Below are positions 40,988-55,556 of a DNA stretch of 64,000 nucleotides, in pieces. Location: positions 258,788,001-258,852,000 of the forward strand of contig OZ024740.1 of assembly GCA_964016885.1 (NCBI GenBank). Direction: 5' to 3'. Made by a program: the position numbers and the translations under genes. Below the pieces are notes generated by a model. It had not been told where the DNA came from. It ran no database searches and worked only from the letters and a program-made list of their open reading frames with translations. Each line of letters starts with the position of its first letter. Position 1 is the stretch's first letter. This DNA comes from Eledone cirrhosa. Taxonomy: Eukaryota.

Positions 40988-41378
40988 GTGTGTGCGTGTG
41001 TGTGCGTCTGTGTGTGTATGTGTGTGTGTACGTATATATATATGCATATATTTCTAGGTAGAACATATCCTGAAGGTAAACGTTTGTATATATTTATGTT
41101 GTATCTTATCTATATATATCCATCTATTACTGATATATATTTCGATATGCTTGGATGTTGTGTATATGGGACGGTATGTATAGCTGCGTATATAAGTGTG
41201 TGGATGGGTGTGTAAATATGAGGTTTCTATAGAGAATTCCTCATATATTTGTTTTTTACCAACGAACCACGCTGAATAAACAATCTTTCTGCTACCAATA
41301 TATGTGTGTATATGTATATATATATATAGAAAGAGAGAGAGGGGGAGTGGGGGAGAGAGAGAGAGAGATAGAGAGAGA

Positions 41379-41453
<75 letters not shown>

Positions 41454-41859
41454 GTATATATATTTATAAGTGTGTCTCTGTCTGTGTGTACGTGCAGTAT
41501 ATATATATCAGCAAAAGTGCACACAGAAAAATAGTTACATGAGACAAACAGAAAAATCTACCACTTCCTCATAAGCCACTCTGTAACGTACAATTTCGTA
41601 CATTGAGGTACAGTTGTACTTGTAACATCAGTTCACTCAACAGATTGGAGAATTGCTGCGTTGGTAAGAAATATGTGAGAATATTTCACACCAAAGAGTG
41701 GATAGAAATAACTTAATTCATTTATCAACAATAAAATAGTTTATTTTAAATAATTAAATAAGTGTTGATGTTCTCTCCCATTCACTCACTGGCTCCATCC
41801 CTCTCGCTCTTCCCATCTCTCACTATGCTAAGCAAATGGGGGTCCCAGCACTGGCCGCT

Positions 41860-42290
41860 TCACGGCCTCGGTGGACAGAATAGAGAACGCATTCTCCCAG
41901 AGGATGGTGAGGGAGGGAGATGCGTTGTAAGAGCTATTCCAGCACGCGAGGCTCAAATCTTGCGAGTAGCCAACTTCGTGTTGAAGGGCTGTAGGGCCAA
42001 GGACACCAGAAGTCTCCATTGCTACGGGCTCGACCGCAAACCTGTCTAAGAGCGACCGGTATTATAGAGTTTACCCTCTTCAGTCCGAAATGTAGCAGAA
42101 CCTGGATTAGTCACAGACTGCACCAGGTCTGGAGAAAGTGTCGCTGTATGTGGCATCACAAATGAGGGGTTTGCTCCCGCGGAAGTGGAAGATGGTCACG
42201 CCGTCTGGCCATTTGCCATCTCCTCGGTCCACCCCCACCGGCTTAAGCTGAGAGGGGACGCCATGCTTTATGATCTCGTTGAGCGACAGG
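41860..42290 (-). mobile_element. CRE-clade non-LTR retrotransposon, restriction-like endonuclease fragment
   Basis: LKPVGVDRGDGKWPDGVT.F.F..SKPLICDATYSDT, METSGVLGP, NAFSIL. Confidence 0.75.
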
Positions 42291-42575
42291 ACACCAAACA
42301 CCAGACACCAGGACACTGTAGCGACAGGACACCATATTTTGGTTATGACACCAGAGTATATGTTGTATATAGATGCTTCTATGTGGACATTTTCATGTCC
42401 ATGTTTAAATGTGTGTGTATATATATATATATATAATTCAGGGGAAAAAAAGAAAAAAATATTGTAAGTGTATTATTTATAGAAATAACGATGAATGTCT
42501 TTTGACAAAAAAGTGGTAAATACATAAAAACGTTATGACTAGAAAGGTATTAACAGCAGACTTTTGACTGAATTA

Positions 42576-42625
<50 letters not shown>

Positions 42626-42644
42626 TGTGTGTGTGTGTGTGTGT

Positions 42645-42705
<61 letters not shown>

Positions 42706-42724
42706 TGTGTGTGTGTGTGTGTGT

Positions 42725-42774
<50 letters not shown>

Positions 42775-42984
42775 ATATGTGTATGTATATATGTATATAT
42801 GCGTGTGTGTGTGTGTATAATATATTTGTATATTTGTAAGAGTATGTCTATGTATTTGATTATATATATGTATATGATATATATGTGTGTGGGTGTGTTT
42901 CAGTGTTTGTACATATATTTATGTAAATGTAGCATTTTGGAGACCACATTTTCAGGTTAAATTTCTATAGTCGACTATTACTTA

Positions 42985-43200
42985 GATACCACTTTTTACA
43001 GCCTGTGGAAATGGTGACTTTCAGCGTTTTGGGTCCCTGGATCACATCCCTACTCACAGCTATTAGAGCGGAACTGGCTAACCCCAAATGTGAGCCCTGG
43101 GAGATTAAGTGGCTGTTCCAGTTGGTCTCCTTCACCGTTCTGCAGGACAATGTCTTCTCCATCCTGTCGCCGGAACCATTTTCGAGGCAGTTTGGTCTGT
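42985..43200 (+). mobile_element. CRE-clade C-terminal fragment
   Basis: PVEMVTFSVLGP...EPWEIKWLFQLVSFTVLQDNVFSILS, resembling the ET.G..GP...WL.QRLS.AV..GNA.SIL motif. Confidence 0.65.
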
Positions 43201-43814
43201 CCCTGATATTTCACAATAGTTTCATATGAATTACACACTACTGACTGTGACATGAGTTTCATTTGAACAAATACCCGACGCTCTTACGATTCTGTCAGTC
43301 CCCCACCCTGAACTGATACTTCTTTTATCGGCCCTGGAAGAATGTAAGGCGAAATTTATCTCGGCAGAATTTGAAAGTATACCGTATGGGTCGGGAGACA
43401 TTTTGTTCAAAGCTCTAACAATTTGCCATTTTAACATTGAGACCATGTTGAGCTAGTGGAACATATTGCATCTGCTTTCTTTATTCACCAATTTTCCCAA
43501 GCACTCACCCATGGCCGCCAGAGGTGGGAGCAGTTAGTGCAGCGTTCGGCACTATAGTATCCCATTCACCCCGAAAGGGGATAGGGGACCATGTTAATGA
43601 TGATGATAATAATGAGATGTATTAAAGCTAGTTGGATATATTGCAACTTCTTTCTGAATTCCCGAAGGGGAAGTAAGATAGGATCGATTCGTGGCATCAT
43701 AGTTAAGAAACATATTAAGTACATTTAGTAATATAATATTTTGTATGTGTTGAAACCCTCGAGGAGATAAAACTCCCGTGGATAACTGTACTCTAGATAT
43801 ATGGATACATTAGT

Positions 43815-44052
43815 GGGTGGTGTGCTGTGGTGTGGTGTTGTGTGCTCCGATGCACAGCAATACTGTATGGTATGATGCGGTCGGGCACGGAGTAGTGCGG
43901 CGTGGTGTAGCGTGGTGTGTCGTGGCGTAGTGTAGTGTGGCATGGCGTGATGGGGTGTGGTGTGGTGGGGAGGGGTGGGTGGGATGTTGTGTGGTGTGGT
44001 GTGATGTGGTAAGGTGGGGTGTGCTGTGGTGCCGTGTGGTGTGGTGTGGTGA
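43815..44052. repeat. Degenerate (GTGTG)n pentamer repeat
   Basis: Direct inspection. Confidence 0.85.
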
Positions 44053-44690
44053 GGTAATAGTGAGAAAGACAATAATAATTATGAAGAACCTTAAAGCGGG
44101 ACATTGTCTCTGTTTCTCTGTCCATTACACAGAAATATCGGGTGGGCAGGTGTGTGTGGATTGTTGAGTAGATATGAAGGAAGAGATAAGAGGAGATGCC
44201 AGCAGTCTAGCCCACGTCGTGAGAAGGTAGTTGGTAGAAGGAGGAGAAGAAGAATAGGGAGAGGGAGGGGGATGGGGGTCGGGGGGGGGAGAAGAAGAAG
44301 AAGAAGAAGAAGAAGAAGAAGAAGAAGAAATGGGAGGAGGTGGAGATGAAAAGGAAGTAGTGAGGGGGTAGGTAGAGGAGGATGAGGAGGTAGGAGGGCC
44401 GCCTGTGACGGTGAAACTGTGTACAACTTGTTTACCTAGCCACGTTGCTTCTATTACTAGACTAAAGCTCTGTTTACATGCTAACACATCTTATCAACTG
44501 TCTTCATCAATATGCCGGCTCTGTTTTGGCTTGATTCAGTTTCTTGATCTTAAACGGTGATAGCTTTCACAAAGATAAATAGACACACAATCACACACAC
44601 AAATATATATATATATATATACATAATATATTCGTTTATATATAGACATATATATATATATACATACACACACATATATACACGCACAAT

Positions 44691-44790
<100 letters not shown>

Positions 44791-44798
44791 CATATAAC

Positions 44799-44921
44799 AT
44801 TTATTTCAGATAGCAATTCTTTCTACAGGACTAAAACTGTTACATTTGGTTGAAATCATCAGGACTCGAAGCGAATGAAACATTTCTAGTCCTGTTAAAG
44901 TAATTTCTATCTGAAATAAAT
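44799..44921. repeat. Short fold-back with a degenerate HHR on the minus strand (same family as 55133-55259)
   Basis: Arms atttatttcagatag/ctatctgaaataaat; minus strand reads tcctgatgatttc...gtaacagttttagtcctgta. Confidence 0.75.
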
Positions 44922-45001
44922 CATGTACTATTTCTACTAAAAATATTGAGTACTTTATTTAACCCTGATCCCTTTTCATTCCTCCTCAATATATCATAAA
45001 C

Positions 45002-45075
<74 letters not shown>

Positions 45076-45096
45076 ATATATATGTATATATATATG

Positions 45097-45127
<31 letters not shown>

Positions 45128-45142
45128 GTATATATATATATG

Positions 45143-45239
<97 letters not shown>

Positions 45240-45242
45240 GTA

Positions 45243-45328
<86 letters not shown>

Positions 45329-45331
<3 letters not shown>

Positions 45332-45383
45332 CATTGAGTTCTTCATACGGATTGGACACTACCGTATGAAGAACTCAATGTAA
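45329..45383. repeat. 55 bp perfect hairpin embedded in (TA)n
   Basis: ttacattgagttcttcatacgg-attggacacta-ccgtatgaagaactcaatgtaa. Confidence 0.95.
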
Positions 45384-45463
45384 TATATGTATATATATAT
45401 ATGTGTATATATATATGTATATATATATATGTGTATATATATATGTATATATATGTGTATATT

Positions 45464-45565
<102 letters not shown>

Positions 45566-45989
45566 TGTGTATAATGGTAGCTATGGTGCTTCCATAGGCG
45601 GTATGCCAAAATTAGCACTCAATATTCATATGTGAATATGTGAATAGTATAAAAAAAACGAAAAATCAGTGATGCATCTGGACTCAGTTTATTGCGTGTT
45701 ACAATTGTCTCGCCGGCAGGTAACTCGAGACATGATCACTGTATGGATCTGGCTGATTCTACGGCTGCAGGTTCCTTCGGACACATGCATGATTCAGATC
45801 TTTATTTTTCTGTCTTTGTTTTAAATATATAGTTTAGATATCTAACTTGTAAATTTACTGATGATAATTTGAACTGTGGATCATTCATGCGTTTGCATAT
45901 TTTATATATATATATATTTTTTTTTTTTTTACTCATTTTGAAATGATCTTTGGGGACTCAGAAAGTTGGATTTGCACTTTGTTTTTTTT

Positions 45990-47215
45990 TAAGTATATTT
46001 AACAAACCATAATAGCTCACAAATATTGGTCTATCTCTCCACTGAACTGGAGGTAAAACTACAATTATAGCATTACTAACAATGATTATAATTATTACTC
46101 TTCATTAAATGTATACCGTTTCATTAATACCTATAATTATATCTATATATAGTTTGTACAAATATCTTTATCTAGTGTAATAACATAATCGTAGTTATAT
46201 TTATAAATAATCTAAACACTCAAATGACATTATGTATTATTATAAATGTTGGGTTTTCCCTGGAAGGTCGAACTTATATAATCATTTACTTAATACAATA
46301 TATGGACAAATAATAAACTATAATCTTGGTATATTATGATCAATACATATATATAGTTGAAAATTCTGACTTCTTTAAGTTTAATTATATGGTCGGTTGA
46401 TACTTTAGGCACTCAAACTATTTAACAATAAATTCTTTAATAGTTATAACTATAAATATCTTATAAATTATATTATAGAAACTATTGTCAATATTATAAG
46501 TAATTTTGGTAAAAATTTACCTTCGTGGGGATATAAAACATTATATATATATTTTCTTTCTTTCTCGGGTTTCGTAAATCATTTAAATTTGTTTTCATTA
46601 AATTTGAATTTTAGAAATTTAACATAATTATAATATTAATACAAATACCTATTAAATTTTAAAACCTAAAATTTGATTCTTTACCCTGAAATAACATAAA
46701 TTAAATATTTTGAAAATTAACCGCTAACTATATTATATAAGAATCTGTGTGTGTAGAAACTTGAACATAAATTACTCCCCTTTGTCCCTCTCTCTCTCTT
46801 TAATCATCTTTCATCTGTCTTCTCAAGCTAAATACTAAATAAGTTATCACATCAGCTATTTCTTCCTCTATGCTTTCCTTTCCCTCCTCTTTCTCTAGTA
46901 GTTTTTTTTAATTAAAAATTCTATAACTGTTACATTGATGCCATGTATTTCTTAAAATATATTACTCACACTCTCTCTATTGTTTGTATTACGTTTTCTC
47001 ATGTTCTCAATATTAGGGTATACATATTGAGTTTTGTCATAAATTAATCACTACCTTGATTAAATCTTAACCATCTACCATGTCAGGGTATGTCATGTAT
47101 CATTTTATTTTATCTGATGAGGAGGTACTGTTGAACTTAATTCCGTACCTCTGAAATATGTATAATAAAATATAATTGATCACAAGAATATCTATTTTGT
47201 TAATATTTTGAATTA
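45990..47215 (+). mobile_element. Degenerate PLE 3' portion ending at (TA)n
   Basis: Remnant KLNYSITNN and IYKC motifs; 3' UTR homologous to 11900-12505; HHR present. Confidence 0.6.
47102..47176 (+). ncRNA. Type I hammerhead ribozyme, canonical core
   Basis: attttattttat-CTGATGA-ggaggtac...gtacctct-GAAA-tatgta-TA-ataaaatataat. Confidence 0.85.
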
Positions 47216-47310
47216 ATATATATATATATATATTATATATATAAATAATTATGTATATATAAAATAAGAAAATGCAAGGTAGTTGTAGATGTTAAAGTCC
47301 TTTATTCTTA

Positions 47311-47389
47311 AGGCTGTGATACATATTTCAATGACGACAGTGGTCACGTGTTTCAACGCAACCAGGGCCATGATCTCATCAGACAGCTT
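47311..47389 (-). ncRNA. Hammerhead motif (same family as 59667-59740 and 60237-60309)
   Basis: Reverse complement reads gctgt-CTGATGA-...-GAAA-tatgta-TC-acagc; stem II imperfect. Confidence 0.6.
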
Positions 47390-48134
47390 TATTACATAAT
47401 AAGGTTACGTTCTCAAGGCAATCCAAGCTACAACGACAAGGGAACGGGCAAAGATGATGTTTTTGAAGCCTTCGTCTGTTCCCTTGTGGGCCCTAATTCC
47501 CCTCCACAGCTTTGCAGAGGCGCTAATGTGAAGGAAGTTGACCATCCTACTACTACCCATAACACAGCAGAACTAGCCTGGGCAAGCCTCTCCCCCATCC
47601 CAGCCAGTATCTGCTATTAACTAAATGTGTGCACTCTGAACAGCTGATTGCAGCTGCATTACTACAATTCAGCGAATGCATTGAGTGAGCTAGACGTTGG
47701 CCGGAGAACATTACCAACGATCTTCGATTCTTTTATATAATATATATATAAGATATTTATGTATGTATATATATATATGTGTGTGTATGTGTGTGTATAT
47801 TGTAAATGTAGCTGCAATCAGCTGTTCAGAGTGCACACATTTAGTTAATAACAGATACGGTGGCTGTGTCTTGGGTTGAGAGAAAGGTAATACGTAATAT
47901 CAGCAGATATTTACATAACCGGGCTGTTACACGTCATCAGCATTTGGCCCAAATCATAAGATAGGTCTATACAGTGTGTGTTAGCCATTACTACTGGACA
48001 AGTTATGTAGCAGTTCTTGCGATTCTCTAATGAAAAAGAGAAAGAATCGTATCGTAGACTAAAACATGTGTTTGGTGGTTAAATTCAAAGGAATTCGCGC
48101 CAAACAAAAGACCTAACTAACTACCCGTATATAC

Positions 48135-48172
<38 letters not shown>

Positions 48173-48595
48173 AACACATAAACAAGAAATATTGAAAAGT
48201 CTAACCTTATACAAGAGATTCAAATCAGCGCAGCTGGGAATATGATATAATATGAAAGTAACTAAGATCGCTGGTATTAAGTTAACGTTCTCCGACAACG
48301 TCTAGCTCATTCAATGAATTGCAGTAATATAGTTGCAAACAGCTGTTCAGAGTGAGTGCACACATTTAGTTAATAGCAGATACGGTGGCTATGTTTTGGT
48401 AGAGAGAAAGGTAAAAACCTCAACCCCTAGACGATGTCGTTTCTGTGCTACAAATGCAGATATTACATCCGTAATGTTCAGAAAGTCACGTAATGTCAGC
48501 AGATATTTACGTAATCGGGCTGTGAACGTCATCAGCAGATTGCCCAAATCATAACATAGGTCTATACAGTGTGTGTTAACCATTACTACTGGACA

Positions 48596-48634
<39 letters not shown>

Positions 48635-48639
48635 GTTAC

Positions 48640-50792
48640 AGTGTAGTACTTCACTATTTTCATTTGAAAGATGAGACCAGCTTGATACACTTTACTGTTC
48701 TCTGGATGATTAAGATATCTTGTTATTAAGGCCGGTTTAGGTAGCAGAGCATTTAATAAGCTTAAAGTCACCTTTCCTTCCTTTAAAGGGGGATTATATC
48801 ACGATGATGCCTTCTTCACCATCAATAGAAATACGTGAAACCTCGAACTAACCAAAAAAAAATGCCTTAATAAGTTCTTTAACGAATACAACCTAACAAT
48901 TATGATTGCTACTAATAAGAATATAGTGAACTTTCTAGACGTTAGTTTAAACTTAGAATCTGGTCTTTAAGGTGAACACTTATTCTACGTAAATAGACAA
49001 TCCGACCATCCTAAATCAATAATTAACTCTTTAGTCAATAACATACCCAACTGTATCTCTAAGCTGACCTCTAACCAAGATATATTTAACTAGAGTGCTC
49101 AATACTATAATGAAGCTAAGCAGATCAGGATATAGTGATAAATAACTTTTACTGAAAACCCCTATAAGAACAAAACACGTAACATAGACGTAACTTAAAC
49201 ACTAATAAGAATAACATTTATAAACCTAACAATCATTCAACACCGCAAGGGAATAATTATGGAGATAATTAATGGGGAAACAAACACCCACCTACTGAAT
49301 ATGATAGCTAAAATACAAATTAAACACACAGAAAAGTAAAAACTACGAAAGTAATAAGAATAGACGAAAAGGGAATAATACCGACCTTAGCAATAATATA
49401 ATAAACACCAAAATCCAAAATAGACTTACATACAACCATAAATATAAACCTGGTACTAATAAAAGTCCTAACTACTTTAATGATAACTAGAATAAACCTA
49501 AAACAAATTATGCACCACTAAGCACTCGTAAATCAAATCGTAGAAAATCTACTGCATGGTTTAACCCTTATCCACCAATATACCAACATTATGTTTAGTG
49601 ACATAGAGAAATATTTCTCTCCAACCACCGCTATCACTCAATATTTAATAAGAATTCCATAAAAATATCATACTCTGTTACTCATAATATAGCTAACTAC
49701 TTGCTTTCAAGTAATAATAGGAAATTAGAAAAATATAATAATCCCTGAACTACTACTGCAAATAATCTAAAAATAAGAGAAAATACAGTAATTAACACCC
49801 TAAACACACAAACTGAAATAAATATACACAATTATAAGTTAAAAACGACATAATATCTAACAATAATAATAAATATAACTGTAGAAACTCTGACACCTGC
49901 CCTTTTAATGGCAAATGCCTAACTAAGGATATTATTTACCAATGCACTGTATCCAGTAGTAATAGCAGTAAGGTCTATATAGAGGCTACTTCTAATGGTT
50001 TTAAATCTAAATACTATGTACACCACCACTCTTTCAGATAAAAGAACTCAGTAGTTGAACGTCATCAACTAGACATATATGGAACCTCAATGATTGAATA
50101 CTCAATCAAGTGAAAGAGATTAAAAATAGCCCATTCTTACAAGCCGGGAAGAAAAAAATGTGTCTCATGGAAGGTTTATATATGTGAAAATCAAATCTAA
50201 TAATTCTCAACAGAAAATTAGACATTCTCTCTACATGCCGACATAAATGTTCTTCTTTTATAGCAAATTTTAGACAACTTAACAAAATCTTCACCAGTTT
50301 TTAAAATGTAACACATATGCAAAACTAAAATTAATAATACTCCAATAACCCTAAATTTTATGAATTAAAATTAACAAAAAAAAATCTTAATTCTCATTTA
50401 TTTATACTTGAAGTTAAGCATACATATAAGTCTATGTGTATGTATATATTTATGTGTACGTGCGTGTGTGTATATATATGCATATTTATGATGTGTGTAC
50501 ACATACCACCTAATAGAATATTAATCTACGACTTCTTTTATACCATAAACGTGGTTTTGTCTTTGTGCGTAATTGTTTATCACCGCTCCAAATAATGACG
50601 TATTATATTCGTTTTTTTCCCGTTCTTTGCCAGGGAATGTTACCATGAACCAAAGTATCGTCTTCCTGTCTTCCTCCGGTTGCAAAGTTTTTTGAAATAT
50701 TCACTTCTGCGTTCACAGATTGACTTTGTTAGTTTCAGAAGATCCCGTTAAGGGTGAAAGCAGCGATTCTTTGCTTAAACTTTAATCTGTTA

Positions 50793-50797
<5 letters not shown>
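48640..50797 (+). mobile_element. Degenerate PLE related to 2-1690, with 3' UTR and A4-type HHR, ending at (TA)n
   Basis: GGLYHDD, VNFLDVSLNL, YNCRNSDTCPFNGKC, IIYQC, with many stops; UTR homologous to 14298-15487. Confidence 0.8.
50731..50781 (+). ncRNA. Hammerhead-like motif with CAGAAGA core (U4A)
   Basis: agttt-CAGAAGA-tccc gttaa gggt-GAAA-gcag...ttgc-TT-aaact; stems I-III all pair. Confidence 0.65.
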
Positions 50798-50837
<40 letters not shown>

Positions 50838-50913
50838 CGAAGGAAATGTGGTAAGGAACCAGATGGACCATAACGCACCAAAGTACTCAATACTTAGGGT
50901 AGTAGAGTGGGTG

Positions 50914-51026
50914 ATAGGAACGAGTATGACCCCGACGGCTGAGCTCAAGCCGTTTCGACGGCTAATTCTGGACTCAGAATTAGCCGTCGAAACGGCTTGA
51001 GCTCAGCCATCGGGGTCCTACTCGTT

Positions 51027-51031
<5 letters not shown>
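50914..51031. repeat. Near-perfect fold-back of the 3' half of an HHR
   Basis: Loop gact at 50971-50974; arm reads gccgtc-GAAA-cggct tgagctc agcc.-TC-ggggtc; tail homologous to 7718-7850. Confidence 0.9.
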
Positions 51032-51067
<36 letters not shown>

Positions 51068-51190
51068 AGGACCGAGTAAGTTAGATCGCAGATATATATA
51101 TATAAAAGACAGCGAGAAGCGAAAACCAACCAAACAGTGAGTGTGTTCTGTTATTAATTCTGGCAATATTACGCAAATATGACCCTCCCC

Positions 51191-51215
<25 letters not shown>

Positions 51216-51222
<7 letters not shown>

Positions 51223-53349
51223 CGTAGTTTAGAAAGCCACAACAATGCAGAGGGAAATCTCGAGGTAGGAAGTGAATGATAGATAGGAGAAATAGAATAA
51301 AGTGAAAATTGAGAGAGAGACAAAGATGAAAACAAAACAAAGGTAGAAGGGTTACCGTAGTGGAGATTTAATCCCAATATTTCGGGCTCACGCCCATCAA
51401 CGGGGGAAAGTTCCAGAAGGGGGGGAACAGGCTAAGCGGAGAAAGTTGTGATGTCGTTAAAACAGGAATGCCGTTATGGGGAGAAAATTATTTAAAATTT
51501 AAAAGAGGGAAAGAATGCGCGTGCGCGTGATAGGCTGTGGCAAAAGCTACTGACCAAATGCGTTAAATCAAGAGGGTGCGCTAGCGTGTGAAAGCCGTAA
51601 AATATGTGTGTGTAAATATATATGTGTGTGTAACTGTGTGTGTATATGTGTATATGTGTGAGTGTGTGTGTGTGTGAAAGATAGTGGGCTGTAGAAGCTG
51701 GAAATCAAAGGGTGTGAAAGGTGGTAGGTTGTAAAACATGTGTGCGTGTATAAATATAGATGTGTGTGTGTAAGCGTATGGGTATACATGTGTGTGTAAC
51801 TGTGTGTGTATATGTGTGAGTGCGTGTGTGTGTGAAAGATAGTGGGCTGTAGAAGCTGGAAATCAAAGGGTGTGAAAGGTGGTAGGTTGTAAAATCATGT
51901 GTGCGTGTATAAATATAGATGTGTGTGTGTGTATGCGTATGGGTATGCATATACGTGCGTGTGTGTGAAAATAGCAGGCCGTAAGGGCTGTGAATGGTCA
52001 CTATGGTTAAGTTAGCCATGTCAGCTCATTTCTCTCAGCCCAGTTGTTAAGTGGGGGTCTGAGGTTCTTAATAATAAGTGCTTCCTTTATCCTTACGGAT
52101 CCGATGCTGCGTTCAGTCGCTAGGACTGTGACCAAGGGTCTACCCTGTGGGTTTCCGCATTTAAGGATGTGTTTACGGAAGGAAGATGCGTTGGTGTTGA
52201 TATGTTCCTTGATACGAACATGTAAAACTTGTTACATTTATCGCATTGAATCTTATATACGACATAGGTGCGTAGGCAATCTGCCCCCCGTATCGGGCAG
52301 TTGCTGAGGGAACACGTCCCATCTGACTCGTCAGGTTTGTTGGAGAGGCATCTTCGCAGCGAAGGTCCTGTGTGGGCCAAATGTATGTCAAGTCCCTCCC
52401 TCCGTATGCGGATGGCGTTCGTGGTATATTCACTCAGGTGGGGGATTTTAAAGAAGCACCTGCTTTTAATTAAGTTTCTAGTGGGAGTCTGTCTATTGGG
52501 TCTGGGGTCTCTAATTCCGTTAATCAGTCGCTTGGGATATCCATTAGACCTGAGTAGATTACGGAATTGCGTGGTATGGGTGAGACCACCCATCGGGTCG
52601 CTGCATCTGTTAGTTATCCGTGTCAGTTCATTTAGGACATAGCCTCTCTTAGCGTTGTTGGGGAGGGCTGAGTTGTAATGCACAAACAAGTCCTTGCACG
52701 CTGCTTTGCGGTAGAAGGTGGTGTTTATGTCTCCTTCTTCCGAGATGTTGATACGGAAGTCGAGGAGGGCGAGTGACCCGTCTTCTCCTGGGTGTTCGAT
52801 GGTGAAATCGACGTGATGGTCAGTATCGTTGAAGATTTGGTGAATTTCATTCGCCATCTCCCGGGAAGAAGTAAGTATCAGGATGTCATCAACGTATCTG
52901 GAGTAGAAGGCGACGGCGTTGGGTTGGCAGGTATTGAGTGCCTTGCGTTCCAGGTGGTCCATGTACGAGATCGCAAGTATGCCGGATAGACTAGAGCCCA
53001 TAGGTAGCCCAGAGATTTGTTTGTACGTGTGGCCGAGGAAATTGAAGAGTGCATTATCCACATTTTAAATAATTTTCTCCCCATAACGGCATTCCTGTTT
53101 TAACGACATCACAACTTTCTCCGCTTAGCCTGTTCCCCCCCCCCTCCCCTTTGGAACTTTCCCCCGTTGATGGACGTGAGCCCGAAATATTGGGATTAAA
53201 TCTCCACTATGGTAACCCTTCTACCTTTGTTTTGTTTTCATCTTTGTCTCTCTCAATTTTCACTTTATCCTATTTCTCCTATCTATCATTCACTTCCTAC
53301 CTCGAGATTTCCCTCTGCATTGTTGTGGCTTTCTAAACTACGTATTTTA
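51216..53349 (-). mobile_element. 5'-truncated Penelope-like element with inverted tail copy
   Basis: ORF 52120-53061: YKQISGLPMGSSLS, YSRYVDDIL, LLDFRI, C...C...VVYKIQCDKC. 51216-51498 is the reverse complement of 53062-53349. ~160 bp tandem duplication in the UTR. Confidence 0.92.
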
Positions 53350-53386
53350 CACATTTCACAATGCTTCAAGCAAACTTTAACACCCT

Positions 53387-53432
<46 letters not shown>

Positions 53433-53454
53433 AGGGTGTTAAAGTTAAAGAGGG

Positions 53455-53614
53455 TGTTTCTACTTTTGGCACAAGGCCAGCAATTACTCAGTACATTACT
53501 GGTACTTTATTTTATCGACCCCGTAAGGATGAAAGGCAAGGATAACCTCGGCGGGATTTGAATTCTACCAATACTGCCAATCCACCAACCAAGAAAGACG
53601 GTTTTATTTTGCAT

Positions 53615-53619
<5 letters not shown>
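53455..53619 (-). mobile_element. Internally deleted SINE with 5' extension
   Basis: See 38553-38722. Confidence 0.8.
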
Positions 53620-53671
<52 letters not shown>

Positions 53672-53937
53672 CATACACACATACTATATATTTTCTACCT
53701 TTCAACGGACTGGCCGAGGTATACAGTCCTGATGAAGGTAATGACCCACAAGCATGTTGATTGTTCCTCAAAGCCAGAGTTGAACAAACAGGTGACGATC
53801 GGTCAACGGCATGGCACAGCTTCCAATCAGCCTTTTGTTTATGAACGAAACGAACATTATTATTAATGTTCGATATAACCCATACGTACATAAGTACTTG
53901 TATATATGTGTGTGTATGTATGCATATATGTGTGAGT

Positions 53938-53976
<39 letters not shown>

Positions 53977-54072
53977 TGTGCATATTTACATTTATGTATC
54001 AGCTGTGCTAGGGCAAGAAATACGTTTCTAATTTTATTTTTTTATTTATTATATACATATATATATGTGTGT

Positions 54073-54140
<68 letters not shown>

Positions 54141-54960
54141 GCGTGTGTGCGTATGTGTGTGTGCGTGTGTGTGTGTGCGTACATAGATAACGTATATATA
54201 TATGTATGGAGGTGCGAGTGTATCTATGTGTGTTTATGTGCGTGAGTGTATGTGAGCGAGTGGGTACAAGTATTCCTGCTGGTATAGATATATGCACTGG
54301 ACATCCGTCAGATTCGACGATGAGTGTTCCAACTAACGGACCAGAATACCGATGGAAATAACTTGCAAATGGCTGAGCAAGGAGAAAATGACGGTATTGG
54401 TCAATTCTTTGCTGGCACTATCTCTGACCGCCATTGCTGACAAAAGGAACAACGTAAAATAAAATGTATTGCTCAACAACACAATGCTCAGAATAGAACC
54501 CACGGCTTTGTGATCGGGAATCCAATACCCTAGTTTTTACCCTAACCACAAAACTACATGTCCCACACATACACTAACACTCACACACAGACACGCACAC
54601 ACATACACACAGACACACACGCTCACTCAGACACAGACACACATAGACACCTGAACACACACACACGAGCAGATACACACAAACACACACGAGCAGATAC
54701 ACACAAACACACACGAGCAGATACACACAAACACACACACACACGAGTAGACACACATACACAGACACAGGCACAACACACGAGCACACACATACGAGCA
54801 CACACGCATACGCACACACACACACACACACACTAGTGTCCGAAGCGTTAAGACACTTTTTTCTATAGTATCAAGCGTTAGAATAATATATTTCTTCATG
54901 GTACTGTGTCGTTTGCTTTATTTTTGCTTACTATTTGCAAGTATACATACACACACGCAT

Positions 54961-55066
<106 letters not shown>

Positions 55067-55132
55067 GTTATTCCGGGTTGAATCGGAGGTAACCACAGTA
55101 AGTAAGGTACTCAATACATAGCAGAGTATAAC

Positions 55133-55259
55133 AGTTTTAATATAGATGAGATTCTACAGGACTAGAACTGTTTCATTCTTTAGAAATCATCCCACATCCT
55201 GATGATTTCTAAAGAATGAAACAGTTCTAGTCCTGTAGAATCTCATCTATATTAAAACT
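55133..55259. repeat. Perfect fold-back (59 bp arms) with an HHR core at the turn
   Basis: Loop 55192-55200; right side reads CTGATGA-tttct aa agaat-GAAA-cag...ctg-TA. Confidence 0.92.
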
Positions 55260-55523
55260 TATATATATATATATATATATAAAAGGGGTAGAGTCTTCGA
55301 AGTTTTAGTGAGGCATACATGCATACACACATACATACATACTTACATACATACATACAATCATACATACAATCAATCATACATACATACATACATACAT
55401 ACATACATACATACATACATACATACATGCATACATACAATCATACATACATACATACATACATACAAACATACATACATACATACATACATACATACAT
55501 ACATACATACATACATACATACA

Positions 55524-55556
<33 letters not shown>

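Noticed and set aside
53724-53860. CTGATGA hammerhead start
   Set aside because: No correctly placed stem II or GAAA partner.
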